Shown here piece after piece: positions 9,431 to 18,816 of a stretch of DNA of 64,000 nucleotides; the stretch's first letter is position 1, and each line of letters begins with the position of its first letter. Both the position numbers and the translations under genes were made by a program. Origin of the DNA: a virus (taxonomy: Duplodnaviria > Caudoviricetes); IMG/VR virus record IMGVR_UViG_3300045837_000213, positions 1 through 64,000 of that record; one strand, given 5' to 3'. Under the pieces are notes generated by a model that saw only the letters and a list, made by a program, of their open reading frames with translations, was not told the DNA's origin and did not search any database.

Positions 9431-10476
9431 GTTCAACAGAATCAAATCATTCGACGGCGCTCGAAAGGTACGAACCGGGCGAAGGCGCGCGGCTCCAAAC
9501 CTTCATGCCGGCACTTTCAGTCGAACAGGCGGTCGAGCGACGGCAGATGCTCGTCGAGTACGTGCAGAAGGTCTTGCAGAAGGACGTGGATTTCGGCGTG
9601 ATACCCGGCGCCGGAAACAAGCCGACTCTCCTCAAGCCTGGGGCCGAGAAACTCTGCACCATCTTCGGCCTCACCAAGCAGTTCGAGATCATCGAGCGCG
9701 TCGAGGACTGGTCTGGCGCCGAGCACGGCGGCGAGCCTTTCTTCTACTACCTCTACCGCTGCCGGCTCCTTCGCGGCGACCTGCTCATCGCCGAGGCCGA
9801 CGGCTCCTGCAACTCGCGCGAGTCGAAATACCGCTACCGGCAGGCCCAGCGCGTCTGCCCCTCGTGCGGTCAGGCGGCCATCATCAAGGGCAAGGCCGAG
9901 TACGGCGGCGGCTGGGTCTGCTTCAAGAAGCGCGGCGGCTGCGGCGCGCAATACCCGGACGGCGCGCCGGAGATCGAGAGGCAGGAGGTGGGGCGCGTCT
10001 TCAACCCCGACATCGCCGACCAGGTGAACACGATCCAGAAGATGGCCGCCAAGCGCGCCCTCGTCGCGGCCTGCCTTCTCGCCGTCAACGCGTCGGAGTT
10101 CTTCACACAGGACGTGGAGGACGGCCAGGTGATAGACGCGCAGCCAGTCAACGCCGCGCCCCAACAGCACGAGGGCCAGCCGCGCCGGCAGAACGGCGGC
10201 GCGCGACCCGAGCAGCATCAGGAGAGTTCGCGCCCGCAGCAGCATGGCGGCGGGGGCAGGCAAAGGCCGATTGTCGAGCGCGTCCGGGCGCTGCGAGACA
10301 AGCTCCGTGACGAACTCAACGTCGAGGAGCGGGTGCTCAACGCGATGCTCGGACAATACGGCTGCACCGCCCCGGAAGAACTCACCGACTCGGACGCGAA
10401 GAAATACGTCGCGGAACTGAGTGCGCTCATCAACACGACCATCGAGGCGCAGCGCGACGAACAATCCGACTACTGA
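9427..10476 (+). CDS. Putative single-strand annealing (recombination) protein with zinc-ribbon insert
   Basis: DFGVIPG..KPTLLKPGAEKL and NTIQKMAAKRALVAA motifs; CPSCG...WVCFKKRGGCG; follows the exonuclease. Confidence 0.65.
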   Translation: MSSTESNHSTALERYEPGEGARLQTFMPALSVEQAVERRQMLVEYVQKVLQKDVDFGVIPGAGNKPTLLKPGAEKLCTIFGLTKQFEIIERVEDWSGAEHGGEPFFYYLYRCRLLRGDLLIAEADGSCNSRESKYRYRQAQRVCPSCGQAAIIKGKAEYGGGWVCFKKRGGCGAQYPDGAPEIERQEVGRVFNPDIADQVNTIQKMAAKRALVAACLLAVNASEFFTQDVEDGQVIDAQPVNAAPQQHEGQPRRQNGGARPEQHQESSRPQQHGGGGRQRPIVERVRALRDKLRDELNVEERVLNAMLGQYGCTAPEELTDSDAKKYVAELSALINTTIEAQRDEQSDY

Positions 10477-10491
10477 ACGAAAGGAGCCGAC

Positions 10492-10674
10492 ATGGCCGGA
10501 GAAGACGACGAGATGATCAGGTGCAAAGACTGCGGCGAGGAGTTCGTGCTCTCCGCCAACGAGCGCCGCTGGTTCGAGGGTAGGGGTCTTCAACTGCCTA
10601 AGCGGTGCGTCCCCTGCCGGCAGGACAAGCGCGAGCGCAACGAGCGGATGGAGAGGGAGGGCGCGCGCCGTTGA
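10492..10674 (+). CDS. Small zinc-ribbon protein
   Basis: CKDCGEEF...ERRWF...PKRCVPCR. Confidence 0.8.
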   Translation: MAGEDDEMIRCKDCGEEFVLSANERRWFEGRGLQLPKRCVPCRQDKRERNERMEREGARR

Positions 10675-11834
10675 TCAGCACCTTCAAGGGGCAGCGTCGC
10701 ACGCTCGGCAGGGGCGAGGTGCAGGAGTTCCTCCTGACGATCTCGGTCGAACTCAGGAACTACCTGCACCTCTTCAAAGGCAGTTCGTTAAACGTGTTCC
10801 TCTTTATCGCTCTCCACATAGACGACAAGGGCTGGGCCTGGCCGACGGTGGAGACGATCAAGCGGCAGATAGGGAAGAAGGACGAAGAGACCGTGTACCG
10901 CGCCCTCAACAATCTTTGCGGGATGAAGATCGCCGGCGACAGGCTGATGCTGAGGACGCAGAATGTCCCGCCACACGTCCCCGCCGAAAAGATCACGAGC
11001 AAGCGCCCGCGGAACTTCTATCTGATTTTCCCTTCAGACGAAGAGATCGAGAGGTACGAGAAATCTCATGACGAGTCCGAACGAAGCACCCCGGAAAAAT
11101 CGGATGCCAAAAAAAGGTACCCGGAAAAATCGGATGCCAAAAATACGGGCACAAAGAATTATCTAAATCCTGAAGACCATCCATTAAACACACAACCAGA
11201 ACCACACACACACGAACAGGCGCGCGCGCGGCGGGGCCTTTTCCCCGCCGCGGCGGCAGGCGGCACGCCGCCGCCGGGTGTGTGTGTCAACGCCTCCGGC
11301 TCGCGCCACCCCAGGGCGGTCAACGAGCGCTACGCCTGGCACTCCTACCGCAACGACCTCGGCGTCAGGAATCCGACGGGCTGGGTGACGGCGAACATGC
11401 GCACCGGCGAGTGGGACGCGGACGTCGACCGCTTCCTCGAGACGGAGAGCGCCGAATACGAGCGCTCGCGCGCGGGCCGACAGGAGCCGCCGCCGGAATT
11501 CCCCGCCGACCTGCCCACGCCCGAGCCGGAGGCCGAAGGCGCATGGGATGTCATCGCCGAGCACGTCCGCAACTCGATCGCGCCGGCTTCCTGGGCGACG
11601 TGGTTCCAGTACGCGCGGCCCTTGAGGCTCGAAGGCGGGAGGCTCTTCGTCTTCGCCGGGGAGGAGATCGTCCGCGACTGGATCACGACGGAGTACGAGC
11701 GCGAGATCACTGTGGCGCTGGCCGCGCTCGACGCGATGCCTTCGCCCTGGGGGAAGGTGCGTGAGTTGGTCTGGGTGGTCGCAAAAGAGTTGAAGGAGGC
11801 GAGCGTTGGACACGAGACGCAAGCCGGAGATTGA
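10671..11834 (+). CDS. Phage replication initiator (N-terminal wHTH, internal iterons, C-terminal DnaA-N-like domain)
   Basis: GWAWPTVETIKRQ...TVYRALNNL; WATWF..RPL...WITTEY; TTG start overlaps the upstream stop. Confidence 0.75.
   Translation: MISTFKGQRRTLGRGEVQEFLLTISVELRNYLHLFKGSSLNVFLFIALHIDDKGWAWPTVETIKRQIGKKDEETVYRALNNLCGMKIAGDRLMLRTQNVPPHVPAEKITSKRPRNFYLIFPSDEEIERYEKSHDESERSTPEKSDAKKRYPEKSDAKNTGTKNYLNPEDHPLNTQPEPHTHEQARARRGLFPAAAAGGTPPPGVCVNASGSRHPRAVNERYAWHSYRNDLGVRNPTGWVTANMRTGEWDADVDRFLETESAEYERSRAGRQEPPPEFPADLPTPEPEAEGAWDVIAEHVRNSIAPASWATWFQYARPLRLEGGRLFVFAGEEIVRDWITTEYEREITVALAALDAMPSPWGKVRELVWVVAKELKEASVGHETQAGD
11090..11143 (+). repeat. Two 24-bp direct repeats (30-bp period), probable replication-origin iterons
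   Basis: CCCGGAAAAATCGGATGCCAAAAA at 11090 and 11120, inside the initiator gene and next to an AT-rich tract. Confidence 0.75.
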
Positions 11835-11941
11835 AACGGGGGGGCAAATCGCGGGCCACAATTTTCCGGCTCGCACCCTCCTTGAGACGCCGGGACGGGC
11901 AAACGCTTCCGTCCCGCGCGGCGCGAGCGGAGGCTGAGTAG

Positions 11942-12856
11942 ATGGCCGCAGTTTTAGAGACGAACGCTTTCGAAGAGAAGACGCGCATACGCGAGGGCGA
12001 GCCGATCATGCTCATCCCCATCGGTCGCGTCCTGCCGAACCCCAACAACCCGCGCGGCCCCGTTATCCCGGCGGACTGCGAAGAGATGGCCGCCTCGATC
12101 CGCTCGGTCGGCGGCATCCTGGAGCCGCTCATCGTCACGCCGCACCGCTCGGCTTATTACATCGTCGCCGGCCACCGCCGCCGCGAGGCGGCGCGGCTCG
12201 TCGGAATGCCCGAAGTCCCCTGCGTCATCCGCGAGATGACGCTCGACCAGCAAGTGGACGTGATGTTGATCGAGAACATCCAGCGCCGCGACCTGACGCC
12301 GATGCAGGAGGCGCGCGGGTTCGACATGCTGCAGCGGCTCGGCGCCAAGCGCGCCGACCTCCTGCGCCGGACGGGCCTGCCGCCTTCTTACATAGACGCG
12401 CGGCTCGCACTCCTCAGGCTCGACCCCAAAGTCCAGAGGCTATTCGAGGCCGGAGAGCTTTCGCCCTCGGCGGCGAAGGCGCTCGCCGCTCTGGAGAGGC
12501 CGGAAGAGCAGGAGCGGTTCGCGCTGATGGCCGTCTCGAAGCTCTTAAACGTCCAGCAGCTCGACCGGGCGGTGCGCCGCCACCTCAACCGCGAGCCGGG
12601 CCCGCGCCGCAAGCTGAAGAAGAAGATGGTCGGCGAGGAGGAGATGTTCACGCGCACGGAGGCGCTCGAGTCCCTGAAGCGTATCGGGGCAGTCAGCTTC
12701 GGCACGCTCGGGGCGGCATTCAACGACGTGTGTGAAGACACCTGCCAGGAGGGCGCGGGCCGCGAGCTGTGCCAGGCGTGCCCTGTACCCCGCTTCATCG
12801 TCTCGGTCTTGAGGAGGGTTGATGCGCAGAATGAAGACAAGGCGGCGCGTCGCTAA
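11942..12856 (+). CDS. parB: ParB/Spo0J-family protein
   Basis: PNPNNPR, IVAGHRRREAA, ENIQRRDLTPMQEA motifs. Confidence 0.92.
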   Translation: MAAVLETNAFEEKTRIREGEPIMLIPIGRVLPNPNNPRGPVIPADCEEMAASIRSVGGILEPLIVTPHRSAYYIVAGHRRREAARLVGMPEVPCVIREMTLDQQVDVMLIENIQRRDLTPMQEARGFDMLQRLGAKRADLLRRTGLPPSYIDARLALLRLDPKVQRLFEAGELSPSAAKALAALERPEEQERFALMAVSKLLNVQQLDRAVRRHLNREPGPRRKLKKKMVGEEEMFTRTEALESLKRIGAVSFGTLGAAFNDVCEDTCQEGAGRELCQACPVPRFIVSVLRRVDAQNEDKAARR

Positions 12857-15296
12857 TCAGGGCCCTCCTCGGCCCGGCTGGTGGACGCGGGAGCGCGTGC
12901 TTAACGGCCTGCGTCGCGCGTTCGCGGAACTCTACGGCGGGAAGACCGAGCGCCTCCCGCGCGACCTCCAGGCCTATGACGCGGACGTGCGCCCTCACGA
13001 CGCTTTCAAGGTGGGGCCCCGGCGGCGCTACCCACCGGGCAGTCAGGTGTCTCGATTCTTCCCGTCAGTAAGTCACGCCTGGTACGCGCTCGGTCTCATC
13101 CCGGCGGAGCGCGTGCACCGGAGGGGTCACCCTTTCTGGACGCGCGACCGCATGATCGAGGCGGGCGCGAAATTCTTCCGACAGTTTAAGGCGGCGCCGA
13201 CGAGCGCCAACTGGTGGCAGGAGGCGATCAAGGGATTCCGCAACGAATCTCTGCCGGGCGTAGTCGGGCTTTACCCGAGCTTCGAAAGACTCCGAGAGGT
13301 CGGCGGCTGGCGCGGGATGCGTGACTTCTGGCTCGACGTGAAGCAGGCGCATCCTGAACTCGGCATCCACACCGACATGAGTGATATGCCGTGGCGGCCC
13401 ATCGAGGACTGGTTCATCGTCGAGTCGGTCGGATTACTCCCTCGCGCCGAGGTGGTAAGCATCATGGAGGAGTCCGGCTGCGGGCGCACGGACGCGGCGA
13501 TCAAGCGGCGACTCTACGACCTCGGCGTCAACACCTACAACCGCTGGGGCTGGACTATCAGCCGCGTCGAGCGTGTCCTCGGCGTGTCGGGCGAGACCAT
13601 ACGCAAGCACCTCGCGCACGGCCTGCTCCCCTATTACCGCAGCCACAAGTGCATCTACATAGACCCCGCCGACCTGCTCGTCATCGAGGAGTACAACTGG
13701 AAGAAGAAGCGCCACCCGCCCGAACTGGACAAGGCCGTCCGCGCGAGCCTCATGCTGCGCCTCTGCTACGCACTCCTGGGTTATGACTGGCGGCGCTACG
13801 CCCTTCACCGCGCGCGCCCCGAACACGAGTTCTACGCCGCACGCGCCGCGGCCACGAAACACCGCGCTCTGCCGGCACTCCCTCGTCCCCGACCGAACAA
13901 GATTCAGGTCGGCCACTGGGTCACGATCAACGAATGGTGGAGGTTCAGGACGCCCGGGGCGCGGGAGCGCAAAGGTGAGGTGAAGGCGGTCTATTGGTCG
14001 GGCCGTACAGTTCCCGCCACTCAGAAGTCGCCAGAGCGCCGCCCGTGCTGGATGGCAAAGGTAGAGCTTCCGAAGCTGAGAGCGCACGGTCGCCCCGAGT
14101 ACAGAAGAGTCATCTACCAAGTCCCGCTCGAACACCTGACCAGGGTTCGCAAGCCGCGCGCGAAGAAGACTCCGGCGGTTGTTCACCTCGGGCGGCGCGG
14201 GCCGCTGCGAGACTTGACGGGCCTCACGTTCGGACGGCTCACGGTCGTCCGCCAGGTCGAAAGCTCACCGCGCGGCTACCGGCAATGGCTGTGCGACTGC
14301 TCGTGCGGCAAGCAGGCGGTCGTGCGGACGAGCTACCTGACGGGCGGGAAAACGGAATCGTGCGGCTGCGCGTGGGACGAGGCATGGCGCGGGCGTAACG
14401 CGCGCAAGTTCGTCAACCTCACGGGCCGCCGCTTCGGTCGTCTAAAGGTGCTCGGCCCCAGCCACGTTCGGGGCAAGGTCATGCAGTGGTTCGTCAAATG
14501 CGACTGCGGCAAAGAGAAAACCTGCGACGGCCACGCGCTCAAGCAGGGCTTGACGCGCTCGTGCGGCTGCCTCCAGCGCGAGCGCGCGAGCGCGGCGCGC
14601 AAGAAGGCGGCGAAGACGGCGCTGCGGAAGAAGGGCCGCTTCGCGGCGACGGTGCTGACTCGCGCCGCGACGCTCGAAGAGTTGCCGCAGGAGTACGGCT
14701 GCAACAAGTGCGGCGAGATCAAGCAGCTCTCTGAGATGGTCGTCGTCTTCTCGCGGAAAGAGAAGGAGTACCGCCTGCGCCCGCGCTGCAAGAAGTGCCA
14801 CAACGAGAGCGAGCGCGGCCACCGGCGCGAGTGGAAGCGCGACTACCTCCGGCGCTGGCGGGCGCGCAACGCCGAGAAGAACAGGGGCTACTGGAAGGAT
14901 CGCCCCGACTATCTTGACCGCTCACGGGCGTCGTCAGCGCGCTACAACGAAAGGCACAGGGACGCCCTGGCGATTCGCCGAAGGCTCAAGGGCAATGGCG
15001 TCGAGGTCAGCGTCGCGGAGGCCGAGGAGCTTTTGAAGAAATTCGGCCTTGCCTACCCGACGCGCTCCGGCCTCACGCCCGAAGGTCTGAGGCGCTGCGA
15101 GCATATCCGCTCTGAACAGCGGCGCGCGGGGCGCGAGGGTCGCCTGTCTCCCTTTGAGATTCGGATCAAGGTCTATGACGAGGGGTTGTTCATCGAGCCG
15201 GGAAGTCAGACCAGACCTTACCGGAGACGTGGCGAAAACCTGCGAAATTTCAGACGGGGCGCGAAGGCGAACGCGCCGGCTGAGGCGGCGGCATGA
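12831..15296 (+). CDS. Large basic multi-domain DNA-binding protein with two LTGxxFGRL...CDCG...SCGC modules
   Basis: Repeated module typical of N-termini of phage HNH/AP2 endonucleases; WTRE/WTRD repeats; CxxC fingers. Confidence 0.65.
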   Translation: MKTRRRVANQGPPRPGWWTRERVLNGLRRAFAELYGGKTERLPRDLQAYDADVRPHDAFKVGPRRRYPPGSQVSRFFPSVSHAWYALGLIPAERVHRRGHPFWTRDRMIEAGAKFFRQFKAAPTSANWWQEAIKGFRNESLPGVVGLYPSFERLREVGGWRGMRDFWLDVKQAHPELGIHTDMSDMPWRPIEDWFIVESVGLLPRAEVVSIMEESGCGRTDAAIKRRLYDLGVNTYNRWGWTISRVERVLGVSGETIRKHLAHGLLPYYRSHKCIYIDPADLLVIEEYNWKKKRHPPELDKAVRASLMLRLCYALLGYDWRRYALHRARPEHEFYAARAAATKHRALPALPRPRPNKIQVGHWVTINEWWRFRTPGARERKGEVKAVYWSGRTVPATQKSPERRPCWMAKVELPKLRAHGRPEYRRVIYQVPLEHLTRVRKPRAKKTPAVVHLGRRGPLRDLTGLTFGRLTVVRQVESSPRGYRQWLCDCSCGKQAVVRTSYLTGGKTESCGCAWDEAWRGRNARKFVNLTGRRFGRLKVLGPSHVRGKVMQWFVKCDCGKEKTCDGHALKQGLTRSCGCLQRERASAARKKAAKTALRKKGRFAATVLTRAATLEELPQEYGCNKCGEIKQLSEMVVVFSRKEKEYRLRPRCKKCHNESERGHRREWKRDYLRRWRARNAEKNRGYWKDRPDYLDRSRASSARYNERHRDALAIRRRLKGNGVEVSVAEAEELLKKFGLAYPTRSGLTPEGLRRCEHIRSEQRRAGREGRLSPFEIRIKVYDEGLFIEPGSQTRPYRRRGENLRNFRRGAKANAPAEAAA

Positions 15297-15532
15297 AAAC
15301 CAGGCGGTCAGCTAACAAACCTCCGGCGGGAGTGCGCGACTTGGAAATCGACGCGCGCCTCGCGCTCCTGCTCGAAGTCACCCCGCGCGGCGTCGAGCTT
15401 TCGTGCGGCGAGATCGCCCGCGCGGTCGGCTGCACACGGCAGCGCATCTGGTACATCGAGCAGCAGGCGCTCAGGAAGCTGCGAGAGAGGGCCGGCCACC
15501 CCGCGCTTCGGATGGCGAGGTCACTCCTATGA
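15293..15532 (+). CDS. Sigma-70 region 4-like HTH protein
   Basis: LSCGEIARAVGCTRQRIWYIEQQALRKLR. Confidence 0.85.
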   Translation: MKTRRSANKPPAGVRDLEIDARLALLLEVTPRGVELSCGEIARAVGCTRQRIWYIEQQALRKLRERAGHPALRMARSLL

Positions 15533-15750
15533 GCGCGACCGTCGGGGCGGCTTTAACGGATTCCGCGGCCCCCGTCCGGTGCGGCGCGTGCGGTCAGATG
15601 GCGGAGACGGTCATGGTCTATTGCCGCGGTTGCGGGAAGGCGATCTGCTCCGAGTGCGTGCTCGACGACGAGCTGCACACGCTCCGCTGCTTCTCGTGCC
15701 TCGACGGCACGGTCGCGGGCAGGCAGTTGAGGGGGAAGAGAAACCGGTGA
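15529..15750 (+). CDS. Small Cys-rich zinc-finger protein
   Basis: CGACG...YCRGCGKAICSEC...CFSC. Confidence 0.65.
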   Translation: MSATVGAALTDSAAPVRCGACGQMAETVMVYCRGCGKAICSECVLDDELHTLRCFSCLDGTVAGRQLRGKRNR

Positions 15751-15977
15751 GCGAAAAACTCCACGTCCACATCCACCACCAGCCGCGTGACGGCGGGTAT
15801 GACTGCCTCGGCCAGGGCGACGTGGGGCCGGGCCAGGCCATCGGCGGCGAGCTGGCCGGCGGCCAGTTCTTCGCGGGACTCGCCAAGGACGGCACGCTCA
15901 TCATCACCTTCGAGGACACGGTGCACCCGGAGGAGATCGTGATCGGCGAGATGGTCACCCCGGAGGACGAATCATGA
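15747..15977 (+). CDS. Hypothetical protein
   Basis: Translationally coupled small ORF (GTGA overlap). Confidence 0.5.
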   Translation: MSEKLHVHIHHQPRDGGYDCLGQGDVGPGQAIGGELAGGQFFAGLAKDGTLIITFEDTVHPEEIVIGEMVTPEDES

Positions 15978-15990
15978 AGAGGAGGCAAGG

Positions 15991-16338
15991 ATGGGAAGCC
16001 TGAGCTGTCTCAACGTATCGGGCGGCGACATTCGCATCCAGTTCGACACGGCGGACGCGTCGGAGGCGCTGAGAGCGCGCCGCATCATCAAGGACATGCT
16101 GCGCCGCGGCTACGCGCTCCTCGTCCGCATGAGCGACGGCACGTACCAGAGGGCGCTCGACTTCGACGAGACGGTCGGCGAGTACGTCATCGCCGACTTC
16201 GACCCGACGACGGGGCCGACGCCGGAAGAGGCGCGGCGCGAGGAGCGGGCGGAACGTTTCCGGCAGGCGGAGGTGAGCCTCAGTGAATCCTCCGCCACTT
16301 CAAAGAAGCGGCTTCCATTACTGAGATACGGAGGTTGA
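15991..16338 (+). CDS. Hypothetical protein; C-terminus runs into the lower-GC island
   Basis: GAGGAGG RBS; base composition shifts near 16283. Confidence 0.6.
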   Translation: MGSLSCLNVSGGDIRIQFDTADASEALRARRIIKDMLRRGYALLVRMSDGTYQRALDFDETVGEYVIADFDPTTGPTPEEARREERAERFRQAEVSLSESSATSKKRLPLLRYGG

Positions 16339-16472
16339 GCGTTGAAACCAAAGGCTAAAAAGAAAGAGCGAAAACGCTGTCTGGTTTGCCGCTGCGTGCT
16401 CACCAAGTCGAACGTGGCGGCGAATCTTAATCCCCATATTTGCAAGTCGTGTATGGGCTTCGAGGAGTAGTC

Positions 16473-16688
16473 ATGGCACACAAGAAAAAGAAGACTCTCG
16501 AAGATTATCAGAGCGAGGGTATAGAGCTTAGAGATTGTGAGGTTGACTCCTGCGTGTTGGAGCATCCCGACTCTCTCAAAGGTAATAGTGTGGACGCGCG
16601 AATCATTCTTAGTTTCAAGATGCCTGACGGGCGCTTGTTCACATTCAATCAGGTTCGTCGCATCAGGCTCGCGCCTGATGGCGAGTGA
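16473..16688 (+). CDS. Small hypothetical protein
   Basis: GAGGAG RBS, MAHKKKKT start. Confidence 0.55.
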   Translation: MAHKKKKTLEDYQSEGIELRDCEVDSCVLEHPDSLKGNSVDARIILSFKMPDGRLFTFNQVRRIRLAPDGE

Positions 16689-16810
16689 GTACCCGCGCTT
16701 GAAAGCGCGGGTGCTGATGCTGCGGTTTCCTCTGCGGTTTAAAAACCGCAGTCTCCACCGAGGTTTTGATGAATCCGCAGCCACCGCGATTGCGCTTTCA
16801 AGCAATCGCC
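16685..16810 (-). ncRNA. Candidate structured RNA resembling a TnpB omega/reRNA scaffold
   Basis: Three hairpins; on the - strand it contains GGTGGCTGCGG near the 5' end and ends ACCCGCGC-TTTCAA-GCGCGGGT-AC-TCAC. Confidence 0.4.
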
Positions 16811-16838
16811 TCAACGTGAAGTAGAGACAAGGTGAGAG

Positions 16839-17492
16839 ATGCAATTCAACTGCACAAGCGCGATATACGAAGCAGCACGGCAGCCGACTATTGAAGGCGA
16901 GGTTAAGGGCATCTGCCGAACGTGCGGCGCGGATAGCGTGGGCATCTTGTTTTCAAGTTGGGTTAAAGACTCATTCACAAATCACGACCTTTTACGCGAA
17001 GGCTCAATCGTCTGCCGCGCGTGCCTGTTTTGTTTTGAGGAAAAGAGCGAAATACTCAAAGCGAAAACAGGGCGTGATAAGCCTCAGAAGATGCGGACGT
17101 ATTCACACTTCGTTGTGGATGGCGAGTGGTTTCCACTAACGAAAGCAGATAAGCGCAAGATGCGTGAATTGCTTAAGGCCTCCCCAACCGTAGCCGTGAT
17201 AGCAGAGTCAGGACAAAAGCATCTTCTCTTTCGAGCGCGGGTGGGATGGTGGCAGTTTGAAGAAATCTCAATGCTGCCGGATTGGGCGCGCGTCGAAAGC
17301 ATGTTGCCTGCAATCGAAGAACTCTTGACAGGATTCAGCAAAGCCGAGATAGAGAGCGGCAATTACAACCTCTACAAAGTTGACAAGTTCGGCGTGAGGC
17401 GTTGGCATGAATTGGCGCAGCCGCTTTTGAAAGTCAACCTTTCGGCATATTTTCAACTAGCCATTTTCTTGGCTCAGAAGGAGAGCGAATGA
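16839..17492 (+). CDS. csf1: Type IV CRISPR-Cas large subunit Csf1 (Cas8-like)
   Basis: CRTCG...SFTNHD...CRAC zinc finger, SGQKHLLF motif; first gene of the csf operon. Confidence 0.8.
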   Translation: MQFNCTSAIYEAARQPTIEGEVKGICRTCGADSVGILFSSWVKDSFTNHDLLREGSIVCRACLFCFEEKSEILKAKTGRDKPQKMRTYSHFVVDGEWFPLTKADKRKMRELLKASPTVAVIAESGQKHLLFRARVGWWQFEEISMLPDWARVESMLPAIEELLTGFSKAEIESGNYNLYKVDKFGVRRWHELAQPLLKVNLSAYFQLAIFLAQKESE

Positions 17493-17839
17493 CAGACGAA
17501 GAAGTGGCGAGCAACCTGCTCACCCCGCTCTGGCGCGGCATCTCGGTAGACTACAAGGGAAAGTACGCGCGCAACATCTGGCAGCAATTCGAGGACAATA
17601 TAAGGTCTGCCGCTTACACGGCGCGAGCGTCAGAGTTTCTATCAAAGGTAGTTGCGCGACTCGGCATCACGATTGCGGCGGACGATGTCAAGCAGGTTTC
17701 AGAGTTAGTCGGAAGCGGGCAAGACCGCGCCCTGCTCAAAATGCTGCGCGACGATACGACTCTGCTCGTCTTGTTAGTGCGCGCGGACAACGAAGAACGG
17801 AAAGAGAAATTCAAGAAAGCTAAGGAGGCTTTCAAATAA
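17489..17839 (+). CDS. cas11: Type IV-B small subunit Cas11 (Csf4)
   Basis: Small helical protein (IWQQFEDNIRSAA) between csf1 and csf2. Confidence 0.72.
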   Translation: MTDEEVASNLLTPLWRGISVDYKGKYARNIWQQFEDNIRSAAYTARASEFLSKVVARLGITIAADDVKQVSELVGSGQDRALLKMLRDDTTLLVLLVRADNEERKEKFKKAKEAFK

Positions 17840-18816
17840 TGGAAACACTCGTCTATGAAGGAACGCTAACGGCTCTCACTTCGATTGCTCACAACGGCGG
17901 GCAGTCGTTCGGGATTGAATCAAAACTCAGGCGCGAGCGATTCGTGCAACCGGACGGCACAGTTGAAGAAGTGCCGATACTATCCGGCAACGGCTTACGC
18001 GGGATGCTGCGCGACAGAGGTATGTGGCACATGTGCCGCGCGCTCGGCTACGGCGTGGACGAAGAAGCTGGCAAGGTGCGCGGGCTATCGCTCTCGGCGT
18101 TCTACTTTCTCTTTTCAGGCGGCAGCTTGTACGCGGGCGCGTCTGATGGCATAGACGTTGATTACGCGCGGCGGCTGCGCGCAGAGATACCGCTCATCTC
18201 GATTTTCGGCGGCGCGGTAGGCAATCAAATCTTACCGGGCAAGCTGAAAGTTGGGAAAGCAATCCCGATTTGCTCGGAGACGATGCACCTGCTTCCTAAC
18301 TCGTATCAACGCGCGAATCCGACTTCGATTTGGGATTTCCTTCAAGCCGAGATGTACACGCGCAGGGATGACGAGCGCAACGAAAAACTCCGCACGGTGA
18401 TTGAAGGCCGCGCATTGAAGCAACTTGAAGATAAAGGCAATCTCTCGCTCCTGCCGGAAGAAGCACTTGAACAGGGGCAGGAGAAGGCAGAGCGCAAGCC
18501 GCAACAGATGATGTACTACACGGAGACCTTCGCGGCTGGCACGCAGTTCTATTGGAAGCTCACGCTCGAAGATGTCTCGGACGTGGAATACGACGCCTTC
18601 ATGACCTGCCTCGCGGAGTTCTCGAAGATGCCATACGTGGGCGGCAAGTCGGCTGTGGGTTTGGGAGAGGTCGCCGTGCGCTTCGACAAGTGGTTACAGA
18701 TTGACTCGCGCGTGCAAGTCGGAACATCCGAAATCAGCCGTCCGATAGGCACGGCGTACAGTGAGCATCTGAAATTGAAAGCAGATGACATCAGAAAGAT
18801 TTTGGAGACGGTGTGA
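17839..18816 (+). CDS. csf2: Type IV Cas7 backbone Csf2
   Basis: LTALTSIAH, PILSGNGLRGMLRD, LFSGG, PLISIFGG, C-terminal G-rich loop VGGKSAVGLG. Confidence 0.92.
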   Translation: METLVYEGTLTALTSIAHNGGQSFGIESKLRRERFVQPDGTVEEVPILSGNGLRGMLRDRGMWHMCRALGYGVDEEAGKVRGLSLSAFYFLFSGGSLYAGASDGIDVDYARRLRAEIPLISIFGGAVGNQILPGKLKVGKAIPICSETMHLLPNSYQRANPTSIWDFLQAEMYTRRDDERNEKLRTVIEGRALKQLEDKGNLSLLPEEALEQGQEKAERKPQQMMYYTETFAAGTQFYWKLTLEDVSDVEYDAFMTCLAEFSKMPYVGGKSAVGLGEVAVRFDKWLQIDSRVQVGTSEISRPIGTAYSEHLKLKADDIRKILETV

